From the IMG/VR virus record IMGVR_UViG_3300027736_000034, positions 23,101 to 87,100 of that record: a stretch of 64,000 nucleotides of DNA, one strand, 5' to 3'. The DNA comes from a virus. The notes beneath the pieces were generated by a model. The model had not been told where the DNA came from. It saw only the letters and a list, made by a program, of their open reading frames with translations, and did not search any database. Below, one piece after another: positions 48,526-60,198 of this stretch (its first letter is position 1; every line of letters starts with the position of its first letter). The position numbers were made by a program, and so were the translations under genes.

Positions 48526-49124
48526 TCATCTTTTGAGGATTTCCATAATCTTTTCTTTTTCCAGAATATCAGTTTCTAATTCCATATACTGTTTACGCAA
48601 TTCTTTTAGTTTTACCCATTTTTCTTCTAATCTTTCGTTGGGATGTAGTATTGCTAACCGTTCTTCTAGTTTGTCTAATGTATCACTTAAGTTTATACCC
48701 TTGATTTTAACCTCACCTTCAAACTCAGCATCACCCTTAACATGCAAAGTATGTGGTGTTGAAATAGTTGATAGGGTAATAGTATCATTCCAAGCAGGAC
48801 CGGTGCCATTAGAATATAAAAATTGTCCGCTACTTCCAGAAGTTATATTATTAACATAAACTCCTGAGGTATTGTTTGTAGTAACAACAGTTGGACTGGC
48901 CATTGTGTTCATTGTGTTTTGTGGTATTGGATAACTCATGTTTTCTTTAATGTATAACGGCCTTCTGTATCAAACCCAATTTCAATGTTATCACCCTCTT
49001 TCCATCCCAGTTGAGCCAGTAATGCAGGTGGGATGGGTAACAATAAATCATCATCATTGTCAGGACTTGGTTGCGTTATTACTTCATAACGTACTCTATC
49101 TTGTCCGGGATTATTTGTGGCCAT
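48526..49124 (-). CDS. Two hypothetical proteins (48526-48939; AbrB-like 48936-49124)
   Basis: Coupled ORFs; LLLPIPPALLAQLGWKEGD. Confidence 0.55.
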
Positions 49125-49155
49125 GTGTTAGTATACTATATTAGTATAGTGATTA

Positions 49156-49731
49156 TCAACTCTTATGGATAAACGGGGCATAAATCTTTTCAAGTTCACT
49201 AATAGTTTGGGCTGCATTACTATCCTCATGCTTGACAGCAATACCGCCTGCGTTACTCCACGCATCTAAATACTTACCGTAATCGTCTACTAAGACATTT
49301 GGTTCACCGTCTTGAGTGGCATATTTAAATTTAGCAGCAGTGAAAATGGCATCACCACTGGTTCCTGTATTAAACTCGTCCAACCAATCTTTTTTAGCCT
49401 TTACGCTAGCACTAGAAAAGGGCCCACGCAATGGGGCAGATAATACAGTATATGGAATTTTGTTGTCATTCAACCACATAACGATACGCATACCACCTGT
49501 TAAGGGTTTCAAATCTTTAAAGAATTGATATACATTTTCTGCGCTAGATGTTGCTAATGCTTGTATATCATCTTCCCGTCTAGGGATCTCTTTATATGTA
49601 GAAACACCGTGTTTTTGTGCCCATGCACCAAAGAAATCAGCCTGTACGCCGTCCATATCTAGGTATAGATGTGGCATCTTTTGTTCTGGTTGATCTTCAA
49701 TTTCTTCAAATAATTCACTTATACGCATCAT
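49156..49731 (-). CDS. 5'(3')-deoxyribonucleotidase (HAD/NT5C)
   Basis: YLDMDGV.ADF...K..W...LVDD...W..AGG. Confidence 0.85.
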   Translation of the reverse strand: MMRISELFEEIEDQPEQKMPHLYLDMDGVQADFFGAWAQKHGVSTYKEIPRREDDIQALATSSAENVYQFFKDLKPLTGGMRIVMWLNDNKIPYTVLSAPLRGPFSSASVKAKKDWLDEFNTGTSGDAIFTAAKFKYATQDGEPNVLVDDYGKYLDAWSNAGGIAVKHEDSNAAQTISELEKIYAPFIHKS

Positions 49732-49817
49732 AATATTTATCTGTAACTGGATTGAAACGAATTTATCGCTAAATACATAGTACATTATAACATATAATAA
49801 CAATAAGGAGTACATAA

Positions 49818-49982
49818 ATGGTAACAAAACGGGTTACTACTAGACGAAAAGTAGTTGCACCACCACCCCCATCAGCCAAAAGTTTCCCCACTGCCGCCCT
49901 AGGTGTGGGTATGGTTATCCTTACCAATTATCAAGCAGAAGTAAAACAGATACTGGGATTAATAATGAAAGCATTAACATGA
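49818..49982 (+). CDS. Small membrane-associated protein
   Basis: AAGGAG RBS; coupled to the next gene. Confidence 0.5.
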   Translation: MVTKRVTTRRKVVAPPPPSAKSFPTAALGVGMVILTNYQAEVKQILGLIMKALT

Positions 49983-50743
49983 AAATATTAGATAAGATTT
50001 TAGAATTTAAAAGAACACCGTACGTTATTGCAGGGGTTATATTCTTAAGCAGTTTGATCGTACTTAGCTGCTTTAAAAGCGCAGAAACTCAATTAACTAC
50101 ACTTAATCACGCTGCGTCACTTAGCCGCACTATGGCTAAATCATCTGATGATTTAACTAATTATGCTAGATTTTTTGTAACAACTAAGAACGAACAATGG
50201 AGAACAGAGTTTAACAATGTGCTTAAAATACGCAACGGTGAGGTAGCGGATGAAAAGGGAGTTACAAAATCATTTAAAGTTAGGGTAAAAGAAGTACCGT
50301 TTTTACAAACTGAATTGGATAAGTTATTGAAGGCAGAAGAATTAAGTAACAATCTTGCTAAACTAGAAGTTCAAGCGTTTGCCCTGATTGACAAAGGCAA
50401 ACCTGAACTAAATTTTGAAATACAAACGTATCACTATACAGCAGCACAGATGTTGATGTTTGGGGATGATTACAAAAAATATAAGAAAGAAATTGTAAAC
50501 ACCACTGATGAATTCTATGTTATGGTAGTACACAGGTTGCAATCAGACTATTTGTTTTATATGACAGCAGCATGGACAATGATTATTGTTATAAATTTAA
50601 GTTTAATTTTACTAGTAATGGTTATCAAACATAAAGAAATAGTTGATAATAAACCAGTTAGAACGGTTGCTAAAAAAGTACCAATAAAGAAGCCGGTAGT
50701 AAAAAAAGTTAATAAGGAGATTAAAAATGGCAGAAGAATCTAA
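49979..50743 (+). CDS. Membrane protein with chemoreceptor/sensor-like periplasmic domain
   Basis: Two TM helices flanking SSDDLT.YAR...IRNG...SNNL..LE. Confidence 0.55.
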   Translation: MKILDKILEFKRTPYVIAGVIFLSSLIVLSCFKSAETQLTTLNHAASLSRTMAKSSDDLTNYARFFVTTKNEQWRTEFNNVLKIRNGEVADEKGVTKSFKVRVKEVPFLQTELDKLLKAEELSNNLAKLEVQAFALIDKGKPELNFEIQTYHYTAAQMLMFGDDYKKYKKEIVNTTDEFYVMVVHRLQSDYLFYMTAAWTMIIVINLSLILLVMVIKHKEIVDNKPVRTVAKKVPIKKPVVKKVNKEIKNGRRI

Positions 50744-51269
50744 ACCACTATCACGCAGCGAACGTGAAGCACATATCAAAGATAGAGCCGGATGGACTAT
50801 TACCGTAATAGCAGCATTATTAGCGGTTAACACATATATTGCCAATGGCATTAGCAGTAATATATTAACTAATACAATTAAGGCTAATGATACATGGAAC
50901 TTTTATCAAGCAAAAAGTATCAAACAAACTATAGCAGAAAATGCTAGAGATGATGCACTTGCTCGTAAGGATAACAAAAAAGCACAAGAGTTAACCGCTA
51001 AAATTGATAGATACGAAAGTGATCCTGTTAAGAATGAGGGCAAGAAAGAATTAATGGCTAAAGCCAAGAGTTTAGAAGCCGAAAGAGATGAAGCAAAAAA
51101 GCATAGTCCTTGGTTAACATTTTCTGGTTCAGTATTACAACTTAGTATCGTATTATTATCTGCTAGTATTTTAGCAGTTAGTATGGGCATGTTCTATTCA
51201 AGTATCCTAGTTGGCTTAATTGGGGCTATATTAATGAGCCAAGGAATTTGGCTATGGGTACCTTTATAA
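50727..51269 (+). CDS. DUF4337-like membrane protein
   Basis: A.D.WNFYQAKSIK; LQLSIVL.S.SIL. Confidence 0.7.
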   Translation: MAEESKPLSRSEREAHIKDRAGWTITVIAALLAVNTYIANGISSNILTNTIKANDTWNFYQAKSIKQTIAENARDDALARKDNKKAQELTAKIDRYESDPVKNEGKKELMAKAKSLEAERDEAKKHSPWLTFSGSVLQLSIVLLSASILAVSMGMFYSSILVGLIGAILMSQGIWLWVPL

Positions 51270-52093
51270 AGATATTTGCTAGTTTATTACTAGTATTAAC
51301 AATGGTAGTATCTAGTGAAGAAACTTTTAACGGATTAAAAAAGGATGAGGTGTGGTTGTGCGTTCGTTGGCAATGGACAACTACCCCAGTTGAAGGGAAA
51401 GTTAATTGTGTTGAGTGGGCTAAAAAAGATTGTTCCAACAGATTGTATCCAGAAATATGTAAAAGAGGCGGGTAAATAATGGATCCGATTACTATAGGAC
51501 TTGCCTTCACCGCAGCACAATCAGCAATTGGACATATCAAACAAGCCATAGCCTTGGGCAAGGATGTCAATAGTATCATCGGGCAAGTGGGGCATTTCTT
51601 TGAAGCAGCAGACCAGGTTCATTTAGCTAGCATTAAAGCCAAGCATGGTGCTATGGGAAAAACTGATGCTCAACTTGGGCGTCAAGCACTTGAGTTTGCA
51701 ATGCGTAGTAATCAATTACGTGAAGATGAGAGAGAATTGAAGGATATGATTTATTGGCAACTTGGTAAGCCTCAAATCTGGGAAGAGATGATTGCTGAAC
51801 GTACTAGATTAATAAAAGAAAAGCGTGAAGGTGAAGAAGCAATAGCAAAAGCCAAGCAAGCACATAAAGAAAAGATGGCTCAGTACTTTATGATTACTAT
51901 GTATACTATAGCATTTGGTCTTGTTATTTCTGCGTTTGTGATGTTAGGAGTTCAGTTTTATAGTATGGCTGAACAACAAAAAGAATTTGAGGCTGCACAA
52001 GCAAAAGCATTGAGAATTCGCAGAGAGCAACAATATATGAGAGAACAAGAACAAAAGAAACAAATTGAAACAGCCGCAAAAAACGGTGCTTAA
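51248..52093 (+). CDS. Two hypothetical proteins (51248-51475, 51479-52093)
   Basis: Operon continuity; MDPIT N-terminus and TM helix in the second. Confidence 0.55.
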
Positions 52094-52292
52094 TGTCTAT
52101 TTCTATCGTTAGCCCAATCTTTAAACATTACCCAAAATATCATAATTAAAGGTACGCACCCAAGTAGGAATATCAAGTCGTTAAGTGTAATAATAATATT
52201 AAAATACATTTATTATTTATTGGGTGAAACACAGTTTTATATACAGACAAAACACCAGTTGATAAATACTACTATATAAAGAGGAATAGTAA

Positions 52293-55200
52293 ATGGCAGA
52301 TCGTTATTGGAGAGGTGGAACAGGTACTTGGAATACAACTAGTACTACTAACTGGTCTGACACCTCTGGCGGCGCTGGTGGATTCAGTGTTCCAACTGCT
52401 AGTGATAACGTTATCTTTGACCAAGCTGCTACTTATTCTGTAACAATGACGGGTGCATTAGCCTGTTTAAGTATTACGGTATCCGCAGGTACAGTTTCGT
52501 TCTTAACTGGTACTACACCCACACTTCAAGTCAATGGTTCAATGTCATTGATAGCTATGACTTGGACTAGTACCGGTGCCATAACATTCAATGCTACAAC
52601 TACTGGTCAAACAATTACTACTGGTGGCACAACAATAAATGCTCCTATTACGTTCAATGGAGTTGGCGGTGGATGGAGTTTGGGTAGCACATTAACAACT
52701 GGCGCAACTCAGACTACAACACTAACGAATGGTGCGCTTATTCTTAATGGATACGATTTAACTACTGGTATATTCAGTTCAAGTAATGCTAACACTCGTT
52801 CAATTGCGTTTGGTGCAACCAATATCAATCTAACACATACCACTGCTGGACAAACTGTATTGAGTATGGCAATTGCTACTAACTTTACATGGACTACTAC
52901 TACGTCCGGTGCCCTAGGCACAAGTACAGGTTGTTTCCAAGCAGTAATGGACAGAACTAGAACATTTGTATTTGGTACAACAAGTGGTTCAATAACCAAT
53001 GCCCCAACTCTTTACTTATCCAGCGGCGCATCCATCGCTACTATAACAACTGGTAGTTATTTCAATGAACTTAATTTAGGGACTTGTTCTTTTACTATTG
53101 CTGCAACCAGTCTTAACGTAAATCAATTATATACTGCTAGTAGTACATGTGTTCTTACTAACATGACTGTAACTATGCGTGGCACTGGTTATATGCAGAC
53201 TAATACTAGTATAGGTCCATTAATTATCAATACTAGTGGTACAGTTTATATGCCTACGGGAGGGTCAACGGTTGCGTGTACTACATTTACATTAACAGCA
53301 GGTTCATTAAATATGTACACCAATGGTACAGTAACTTGCTCAAGTACATTTACTTTCTCAGGCGGGTCAATAGATTATATGGGTACAATTACTTGTACTA
53401 CTTTCACTGTTGCTGGTGCAAATTTTGCAATGGTTGCGGGAAGTCTTACCCCATCTGTGAGTTTTGTTATAACTAGTGGCACATTTACATATAGTGGAGG
53501 CACATTAGCAGCAGTTCCTACATTTACACATACTGCTGGTACAGTTAATTTTAATAAAGATTATGCTTTAACTACTACTGGAACTTATACATTTACTGCC
53601 GGCGCATTAAATTTACTTACTAATATTACATTGTCAACTGGTATATTCAGTTCAGCAAATATAAACACTCGTTCAATCGCTTTTGGTACACCATCTGTTG
53701 CTTCTTATATTAATCTTACACATACTACAGCAGCAACTACTGTATTGAGTATGGCAACACTTACTGGTTTTAGTTTTACGGGCGTAGGAGGATTTACGGT
53801 TGCTGATATGGCTAATACTAGAACATTCTCTGTGGGTAATACTGCGGGCGGTTCAGCAACTACTGCGCCTAGTCTTACTTTTACAACAGGTGCAAGTGTT
53901 GCCACATTAACTACTGGTAGTTGGTTTAAGGATCTTAGTTTTTTTGACACTACTTTTAACCCAGGCACAACAGCACTTAACATTGCTGGTAATTTAACTA
54001 TGGGTAACGGTTTGTATACTACTGTTACTATAGCAATGCGAGGTAGTGGATATTTGTGGAATCGTTATAACACGGTAACACAGACGATTGGGCCACTGTC
54101 AATTAACACTACTGGAACAGTAAGTATATACCCAGGGGGATATAACTTGTGGTGTACAACTCTTACAATAACAGCCGGCACGTTAGATTTTACGGGTTCC
54201 AGCGGTACTATCACATGTTCTAGCACAGTTACATATACCGCGGGAACATTAACTCTTAATGACGGAGCAATGTCTTGTACAACATTTACAGTAAACGGTG
54301 CAGCATTTACTTTCAATGCAGGAACATTAACCCCTTCAATAAGTTTTGTATTGACAAGCGGTTCATTTACACTTGGCGGCACAGCTAACTTAAACGACGG
54401 GGTATTACCTTTATTCACACATACAGCAGGAACAGTAACATTAAATAAATCATGGGCAATAGGTAGTGCTGGTACTAGCGGGACTTATACATTTACTGCG
54501 GGCACATTAACAATAAGTGAAGGGTATTATTTACAATGTGCTATATTCAGTTCAAGTGGCGCCGGTGTACGTACAATTAACTTTGGTACTACTAGATATA
54601 CCCCAACATATTATAATTATCCAAGCGTTGGGACTAATGGTGTGCCACCATCATACATATATCTTTATAATACTACCGCAGCACAAACTGTATTGAATAT
54701 GGCAATTGCTACTAACTTTACCTGGACCGGGTCTGGTTTATTCAATTTTCCAGGTGCTAATACAGCAACAATGGTATTTGGTACAACCGGCGGTTCAACA
54801 ACAAATGCTCCTAATCTATATGCAGGAGGTGCTAATGCTCTTACAGTTACCACTGGTAGTTGGTTCAATGTGTTTAACCTTATCAACGCAGGATACACGA
54901 CCCCTGCTACATCAGTAAACGTAGTTGAAGCATTTTTATTATGGTCTAGTGGTGTTCATACAGGGGTAACAATCGTACCTAAACTTACTACAACTAGTAT
55001 TATCAATAACGGGTATACATTTGGTGGTTTAACTGTTAACGTTGCTGATGCTAATATACAACTTACTAGTGAGTTAGTATTAGCAGGAGCATTGACACTA
55101 ACACAAGGCACAATAAACACAAACAACTCTAATGTAACAAGTGCGTCATTTGCTAGTACAGGGCCATACTCTCGCTCAATTATAGGAACAAACACTACAT

Positions 55201-56411
55201 ATACTATTTCGGGCGCCGGCGCAACAGCATGGAATTTTGGATCAACTGGTAGTGCGTTGTTTAATGGCAGTACTCAAAACTTCAGCGTGGCCACAAACGC
55301 AGCGTTTGATTTTGCTTCTAGTAGTTTTACAATTGAAGCGTGGGTATATTTAAATTCAATAGGAACTGCTCAATGCATACAAAGCACATACCCAGCAACA
55401 TTTGCCGGTACTACTGGTTATGAATTCTTAACAAACACAAGTAATTTTTTAGTGTTTGACACTTTTTTAACCGGGGTTAACCAAACAATAACTGCTACTA
55501 ACCAAGCATTGACTTCGGGGGTATGGACTCATGTAGCGGTAGTAAACAATGCCGGTACCTATAATCTTTATGTTAACGGAACTCAATGTACATATACTTC
55601 TAATATAACACAAGCAGTCAACTCCGGTGGTGCCGCGGTTACTTTTGGTAGATCACTTTATACTTCTTTTACACACCCATTGAATGGGTACATGACTAAT
55701 ATTCGTGTAATAAAGGGTGTAGGAGTTTATACTGGCAATTTCACTGTACCAACTGCACCTTTGTTACCAACGCAAAGTGCAGGAACAAATATAAGTGCTA
55801 TCACAGGAACGCAAACGTCTTTATTGTTGTCAACCCCTGTTAACAGTTTTTTAACAGATTACTCAAACAATAACTTTACAGTAACTAATACCGGTACAGC
55901 AACAGCCAACACTCTTTCACCGTTTGCTGTAATGTCACCGGGGATAACATTTACTGGCTTCACTATAAGTATGACTAGTGCATCAGCAAAAACTTTTGTG
56001 GGTAGTGGTGGAACTTATCCGATAATCAATCAAGGTGGCGCCGGTGCATTAACTATAACCGGTAATAATATATTTTACAATATAACAAATACTACACAAC
56101 CAGCATCAGTAACATTTACAGCAGCAACTACAACTACTTTTAAGTATTTTAGTTTATCTGGAAATGCTGGTAACTTGGTTACTATCACTTCAGCAACCGC
56201 AGCCAATCACACACTATCAATGAGTAGCGGTATTGCTAATACACAATACATGTCAATTAGTCGTAGCCAAGCAACAGGTGGAGCAGGATGGATTGCTGCT
56301 ACATCAACCAATGGTGGTACAAATTCAGGTTGGGTATTTGCTGTACCTAGATTTGTTGAAATGGGTGATATCTCGTTTGACACCACAGATGGTGGAATAA
56401 CCTTTACTTAA
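52293..56411 (+). CDS. Large Thr/Gly-rich virion protein with LamG domain
   Basis: MADRYW.GG.G.W; beta-helix-like repeats; FTIEAWVY/WTHVAVV. Confidence 0.75.
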   Translation: MADRYWRGGTGTWNTTSTTNWSDTSGGAGGFSVPTASDNVIFDQAATYSVTMTGALACLSITVSAGTVSFLTGTTPTLQVNGSMSLIAMTWTSTGAITFNATTTGQTITTGGTTINAPITFNGVGGGWSLGSTLTTGATQTTTLTNGALILNGYDLTTGIFSSSNANTRSIAFGATNINLTHTTAGQTVLSMAIATNFTWTTTTSGALGTSTGCFQAVMDRTRTFVFGTTSGSITNAPTLYLSSGASIATITTGSYFNELNLGTCSFTIAATSLNVNQLYTASSTCVLTNMTVTMRGTGYMQTNTSIGPLIINTSGTVYMPTGGSTVACTTFTLTAGSLNMYTNGTVTCSSTFTFSGGSIDYMGTITCTTFTVAGANFAMVAGSLTPSVSFVITSGTFTYSGGTLAAVPTFTHTAGTVNFNKDYALTTTGTYTFTAGALNLLTNITLSTGIFSSANINTRSIAFGTPSVASYINLTHTTAATTVLSMATLTGFSFTGVGGFTVADMANTRTFSVGNTAGGSATTAPSLTFTTGASVATLTTGSWFKDLSFFDTTFNPGTTALNIAGNLTMGNGLYTTVTIAMRGSGYLWNRYNTVTQTIGPLSINTTGTVSIYPGGYNLWCTTLTITAGTLDFTGSSGTITCSSTVTYTAGTLTLNDGAMSCTTFTVNGAAFTFNAGTLTPSISFVLTSGSFTLGGTANLNDGVLPLFTHTAGTVTLNKSWAIGSAGTSGTYTFTAGTLTISEGYYLQCAIFSSSGAGVRTINFGTTRYTPTYYNYPSVGTNGVPPSYIYLYNTTAAQTVLNMAIATNFTWTGSGLFNFPGANTATMVFGTTGGSTTNAPNLYAGGANALTVTTGSWFNVFNLINAGYTTPATSVNVVEAFLLWSSGVHTGVTIVPKLTTTSIINNGYTFGGLTVNVADANIQLTSELVLAGALTLTQGTINTNNSNVTSASFASTGPYSRSIIGTNTTYTISGAGATAWNFGSTGSALFNGSTQNFSVATNAAFDFASSSFTIEAWVYLNSIGTAQCIQSTYPATFAGTTGYEFLTNTSNFLVFDTFLTGVNQTITATNQALTSGVWTHVAVVNNAGTYNLYVNGTQCTYTSNITQAVNSGGAAVTFGRSLYTSFTHPLNGYMTNIRVIKGVGVYTGNFTVPTAPLLPTQSAGTNISAITGTQTSLLLSTPVNSFLTDYSNNNFTVTNTGTATANTLSPFAVMSPGITFTGFTISMTSASAKTFVGSGGTYPIINQGGAGALTITGNNIFYNITNTTQPASVTFTAATTTTFKYFSLSGNAGNLVTITSATAANHTLSMSSGIANTQYMSISRSQATGGAGWIAATSTNGGTNSGWVFAVPRFVEMGDISFDTTDGGITFT

Positions 56412-56412
56412 T

Positions 56413-56727
56413 ATGAAATACTTAACAACACTTTTACTAAGTTTAACTTTACTTACCGCACAGGCAAAAAGTCCCGAAGAGGTTGTAACTACAGAGATAA
56501 CCTGTTATGATAGTGAAACACTATTCAAAACTCTTAAAGAAACATATAAGGAATATCCAATTGCTTTGGGAATGACTAATGATAAGGCCCATTCTACTAC
56601 TACAGTTTGGGTCAGTCCAAGAAATAAATCTTGGACAATAGTTGCTACAAAACAGTCTATAAGCTGTATCATTGGAGCAGGAACAGAGTTTGAATTAGTG
56701 CCATATAAAAAAGAAACAATGCTTTGA
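56413..56727 (+). CDS. Secreted hypothetical protein
   Basis: Signal peptide. Confidence 0.6.
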   Translation: MKYLTTLLLSLTLLTAQAKSPEEVVTTEITCYDSETLFKTLKETYKEYPIALGMTNDKAHSTTTVWVSPRNKSWTIVATKQSISCIIGAGTEFELVPYKKETML

Positions 56728-57458
56728 AAAAAACTATACTAGCCCTTCTACTATCTACTTCTCTATGTGCTATCGCACAACCTTCATTAACGGCTCAATC
56801 TTGGTTAGTCGCCGATGATAATGGAATTATACTAGAAGGATCACATACCACTGATGTTCGTTCTATTGCTAGTATCACAAAACTAATGACAAGTATGGTT
56901 GTATTAGATAGTGGGCAATCATTATCTGAAAAAATTCCAAAGAAACTTTATAACAGAACATTTACTAGACAAGAATTACTCAATCTAGCCATAGTTAAAT
57001 CAGATAACAATGCTGCTAAAATGTTATGCGAATACTATCCAGGTGGTATACTTAGATGTGTTGAAGCCATGAACAATAAGGCTAATACATTGGGGATGTA
57101 TAGTAGTAATTTTACTGACCCAACTGGGCTATACAACACTAATGTAAGTACCGCAGAAGATTTAATTAAGTTAGTAATGGCTGCACGTAATTATCCAACA
57201 ATCGTTAATGCTAGCAATACATCAACCATTCAATGGCAAATCAATAAAAAGAAATCTGCTATCTTTCATAATACTAATACCTTAGTTGGTAAGGGTGTTG
57301 ATTTCATTGTAAGTAAAACAGGATGGATCCGCGACAGCGGTGGCTGTATCGTTATGATGTTAAACGGAGATCAGGGAGTTAGAACCGTAGTTCTATTGGG
57401 TAGCAAGAATACTAAAACACGTATACCAGAAGCATATATGGTATCTAAACTACATTAA
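56724..57458 (+). CDS. S11 D-Ala-D-Ala peptidase (PbpG-like)
   Basis: ASITK (SxxK), SDN, KTG motifs; signal peptide. Confidence 0.88.
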   Translation: MKKTILALLLSTSLCAIAQPSLTAQSWLVADDNGIILEGSHTTDVRSIASITKLMTSMVVLDSGQSLSEKIPKKLYNRTFTRQELLNLAIVKSDNNAAKMLCEYYPGGILRCVEAMNNKANTLGMYSSNFTDPTGLYNTNVSTAEDLIKLVMAARNYPTIVNASNTSTIQWQINKKKSAIFHNTNTLVGKGVDFIVSKTGWIRDSGGCIVMMLNGDQGVRTVVLLGSKNTKTRIPEAYMVSKLH

Positions 57459-57906
57459 CGCTTCTTGGGGATATAGTCTACCCCTGCAACGGGAGTAAAA
57501 TCTTTAGTTAGATTGTTGACCATATCTTCACCGTACTTCAATGTAAGCATACTGAAGTTCTGATCGTTGCCGTCTTTACGCATACCAATCATAAAATATT
57601 GATACCATTTGATTTTAGTTTGAGCAAACTTCTTAACGATATTATCGGATATAATATCGTCAAAGTTATTATTTTCACGGTAAAAAGTATAGTATTTCAT
57701 TGTTTCCAAACTACAAAAGCCATGTAGTCTCGTTCTTCTTCAAAGTAAAATTCATACATGCCACCATCACGTCCTGCAGGTACTAAGCAAGTATAACCCC
57801 ATTCACCAACACAATTTCTCTCTAACCAACCTATCATTGGTCTTAGTTTGCCATAATCAATAATGATTTCAGACCTTAGTTTCGTATTTAGTAACACTAA
57901 CACCAC
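57455..57906 (-). CDS. Two hypothetical proteins (57455-57700, 57697-about 57900)
   Basis: Coupled ORFs. Confidence 0.5.
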
Positions 57907-58396
57907 TACTTTCTAGGAATTCTATTCCTGATGTATCTCTATAAGTATTGCGATAGTACAAACTATTGATACCACTTTGATAAATCAGTTTAGCACAATT
58001 AATACATGGCGCATGAGTACAAAACATTGTTGCACCCTCGCTAGATTCTGTGCTTGCGGACACTTTAGCGATGGCGTTTGTTTCCGCATGTAATACTTCA
58101 TCTTTAGTTTTCAAACGATATCGTCTAGCATAACCTAAATCAGGGTCTAGATCATCTTCAACGAAGGGCCATTGTTCATAAATTTCTTCAGGAGATAACC
58201 AGCCACCAGCATCTATGCTCATGTATTCAAAACTTTCGCAATTATTATCCCATCCACTTGGCATACCATTGTATCCGGTGGCAAGGATTTTATTACCATT
58301 AACAATTACTGCACCAACTTGTAATCGTTTGGCATAACTTAATGTGCTGGTTAATTCAGCCACCTTCATGTAATAGTTAATGAATTTTTGTTTCAT
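57869..58396 (-). CDS. dCMP deaminase
   Basis: VGAVIV...GYNG.P...HAETNAI...PCINC. Confidence 0.92.
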   Translation of the reverse strand: MKQKFINYYMKVAELTSTLSYAKRLQVGAVIVNGNKILATGYNGMPSGWDNNCESFEYMSIDAGGWLSPEEIYEQWPFVEDDLDPDLGYARRYRLKTKDEVLHAETNAIAKVSASTESSEGATMFCTHAPCINCAKLIYQSGINSLYYRNTYRDTSGIEFLESSGVSVTKYETKV

Positions 58397-59061
58397 GTTT
58401 TGTTTTCTTCAACCATTTCCCGAACACTTTTTGCTTTTAAATTTAAATAAACCGAATGATTATTTTCCCCTAGAACACCGGACACAAATGTATTAAATGA
58501 TATTGTATATCTATCTTCATTGGAAGTTAATGGTAAAACTTTATGTTTAACATGACTAGGGAACAATACTAATTTACCAGAAACTGGTTTATTTTTACCT
58601 GAAAGTTGCGGTAAAGTTTCATCGTGCGATGCACCGTTATTTATGGAACATGCCATAAATCCGGGTTGCGAATTTATATCCTTGTACCATGGATCGGGTA
58701 TTGCAAAAACAGTATTGCCACTCTCATGTGTAGTTAGATAAAATATAGCACTAACTATTGAATTTGGATGTAAGTGATAGTGATGATATTGAAGTTTAGA
58801 ATTTTTGTTTGCCCAACAAGATACAATGGTTAATTCTAATTTTTCTTCAAGTTTTAATATAGTTTTTAATTCCAATAAACATTTATCAAAAAACTCAAAT
58901 AGTTTGGGATGATAATAAAAATCATTACCATATGAAATTTTATTACCTACGTTATGTTTTTCAAAATTTAGTTTTTTTACATCTTCCAAAACATCATTTG
59001 TCAATTCTTGATCGGCAGTAAATTCATAAAATGGAATAGAAATTGGTGATATTGTGTTCAT
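58393..59061 (-). CDS. 2OG-Fe(II) oxygenase (TIGR02466-like)
   Basis: WAN...HLHPNS.VSAIFY...LFPSHVKH.V...RYTISFN. Confidence 0.85.
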   Translation of the reverse strand: MNTISPISIPFYEFTADQELTNDVLEDVKKLNFEKHNVGNKISYGNDFYYHPKLFEFFDKCLLELKTILKLEEKLELTIVSCWANKNSKLQYHHYHLHPNSIVSAIFYLTTHESGNTVFAIPDPWYKDINSQPGFMACSINNGASHDETLPQLSGKNKPVSGKLVLFPSHVKHKVLPLTSNEDRYTISFNTFVSGVLGENNHSVYLNLKAKSVREMVEENKT

Positions 59062-60194
59062 TTTATATAGAATTTTTTAATATGTTCTTTTGCTGATTTA
59101 TTACTCAATAGAGTACTTAGCACATAATTTGATTGACCGTACTTTTTGCAAAATGCTCCACCTATATCATCGTTACCTTTTAGTTCTTCAAATAGAAACT
59201 CTTTGCAAAAATCATCAAATTCTTGTTCGGTGATATAGAAGTCTTTCTCGCTCTTTGGATCTACTACTATTGCTTCTAATTCTTTTGCTATTCTATCAAA
59301 CATATCAATCCCACAAGCTACGATAATACTTACCGAACAATTCAAGCCCTTCTTGTATTCGTTCCTCGTGTTTTAAATGACCAACACCATCATACCAATG
59401 CTCATTGGGATTTTTGTCAACCATTTGAAATGTATCTTCTACTTTACCTGTAATAGGATTGGGGAATATTTTGTCAGTCTTGACCCAATCATATTCGGCA
59501 TCGCCGTGATGATATTGATCATCATATTCACCTTTAAGCAATTGCTCAAAAGACCAAATCATCTTGTCTAATGCGTCATCCCAGCGTTCTAGTCCGTCTT
59601 TCCAGGCATCTTCATGTGTTTCTTGGTAGAAATCAAAACTATCTTGCGTCCCATTACTCTCGCCGCCAACATCGGCAAATTCACTTGGCACCCCTTGTTT
59701 AGTTGCTTTAAGTTGAAGCAAGGCTGGATAGATAATCAATGCTAGAGTGTGGTCTAGATTCCAAGTATCATGGTTTTCAATTTGAATATCAATTTTTCGT
59801 CTCCCACTAGATTTCTTTGGAAACTTGCCAATATTTAATTTCATATTGTAGTCCTAACTTTCCCGTCAACAAACCAAAGTACTTCTTCATTATAACTTAC
59901 CCCTACAACTCTGGCCTGATCCTTGGCAAGAATAGCAAGTTCATCTAATGATTTAGCTTGACCAATAAAGCTATTTGTAGTATGTTCGTAAAGGTATAAT
60001 GATCCGTTAATTTTCTCTACAAAACATTTCTTAACTTTAATTACTTCTACTTTATCTTCTTCATCATCTTCAAAATCTACTCCGGCTTCTTCTAATGTTT
60101 TACGTATTTTGTAAAAAATAATCTTATCAGTTATCCACGCTCCTAATAAGAAGGCAAAAACAAGATCCAAGAAATAAGTAAGAGAGTAATCCAT
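59058..60194 (-). CDS. Three hypothetical proteins (59058-59303, 59305-59844, 59841-60194)
   Basis: Coupled ORFs; DTWNLDHTLA...GL.LFGKYY..LWD in the middle one. Confidence 0.6.
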
Positions 60195-60198
60195 AATG

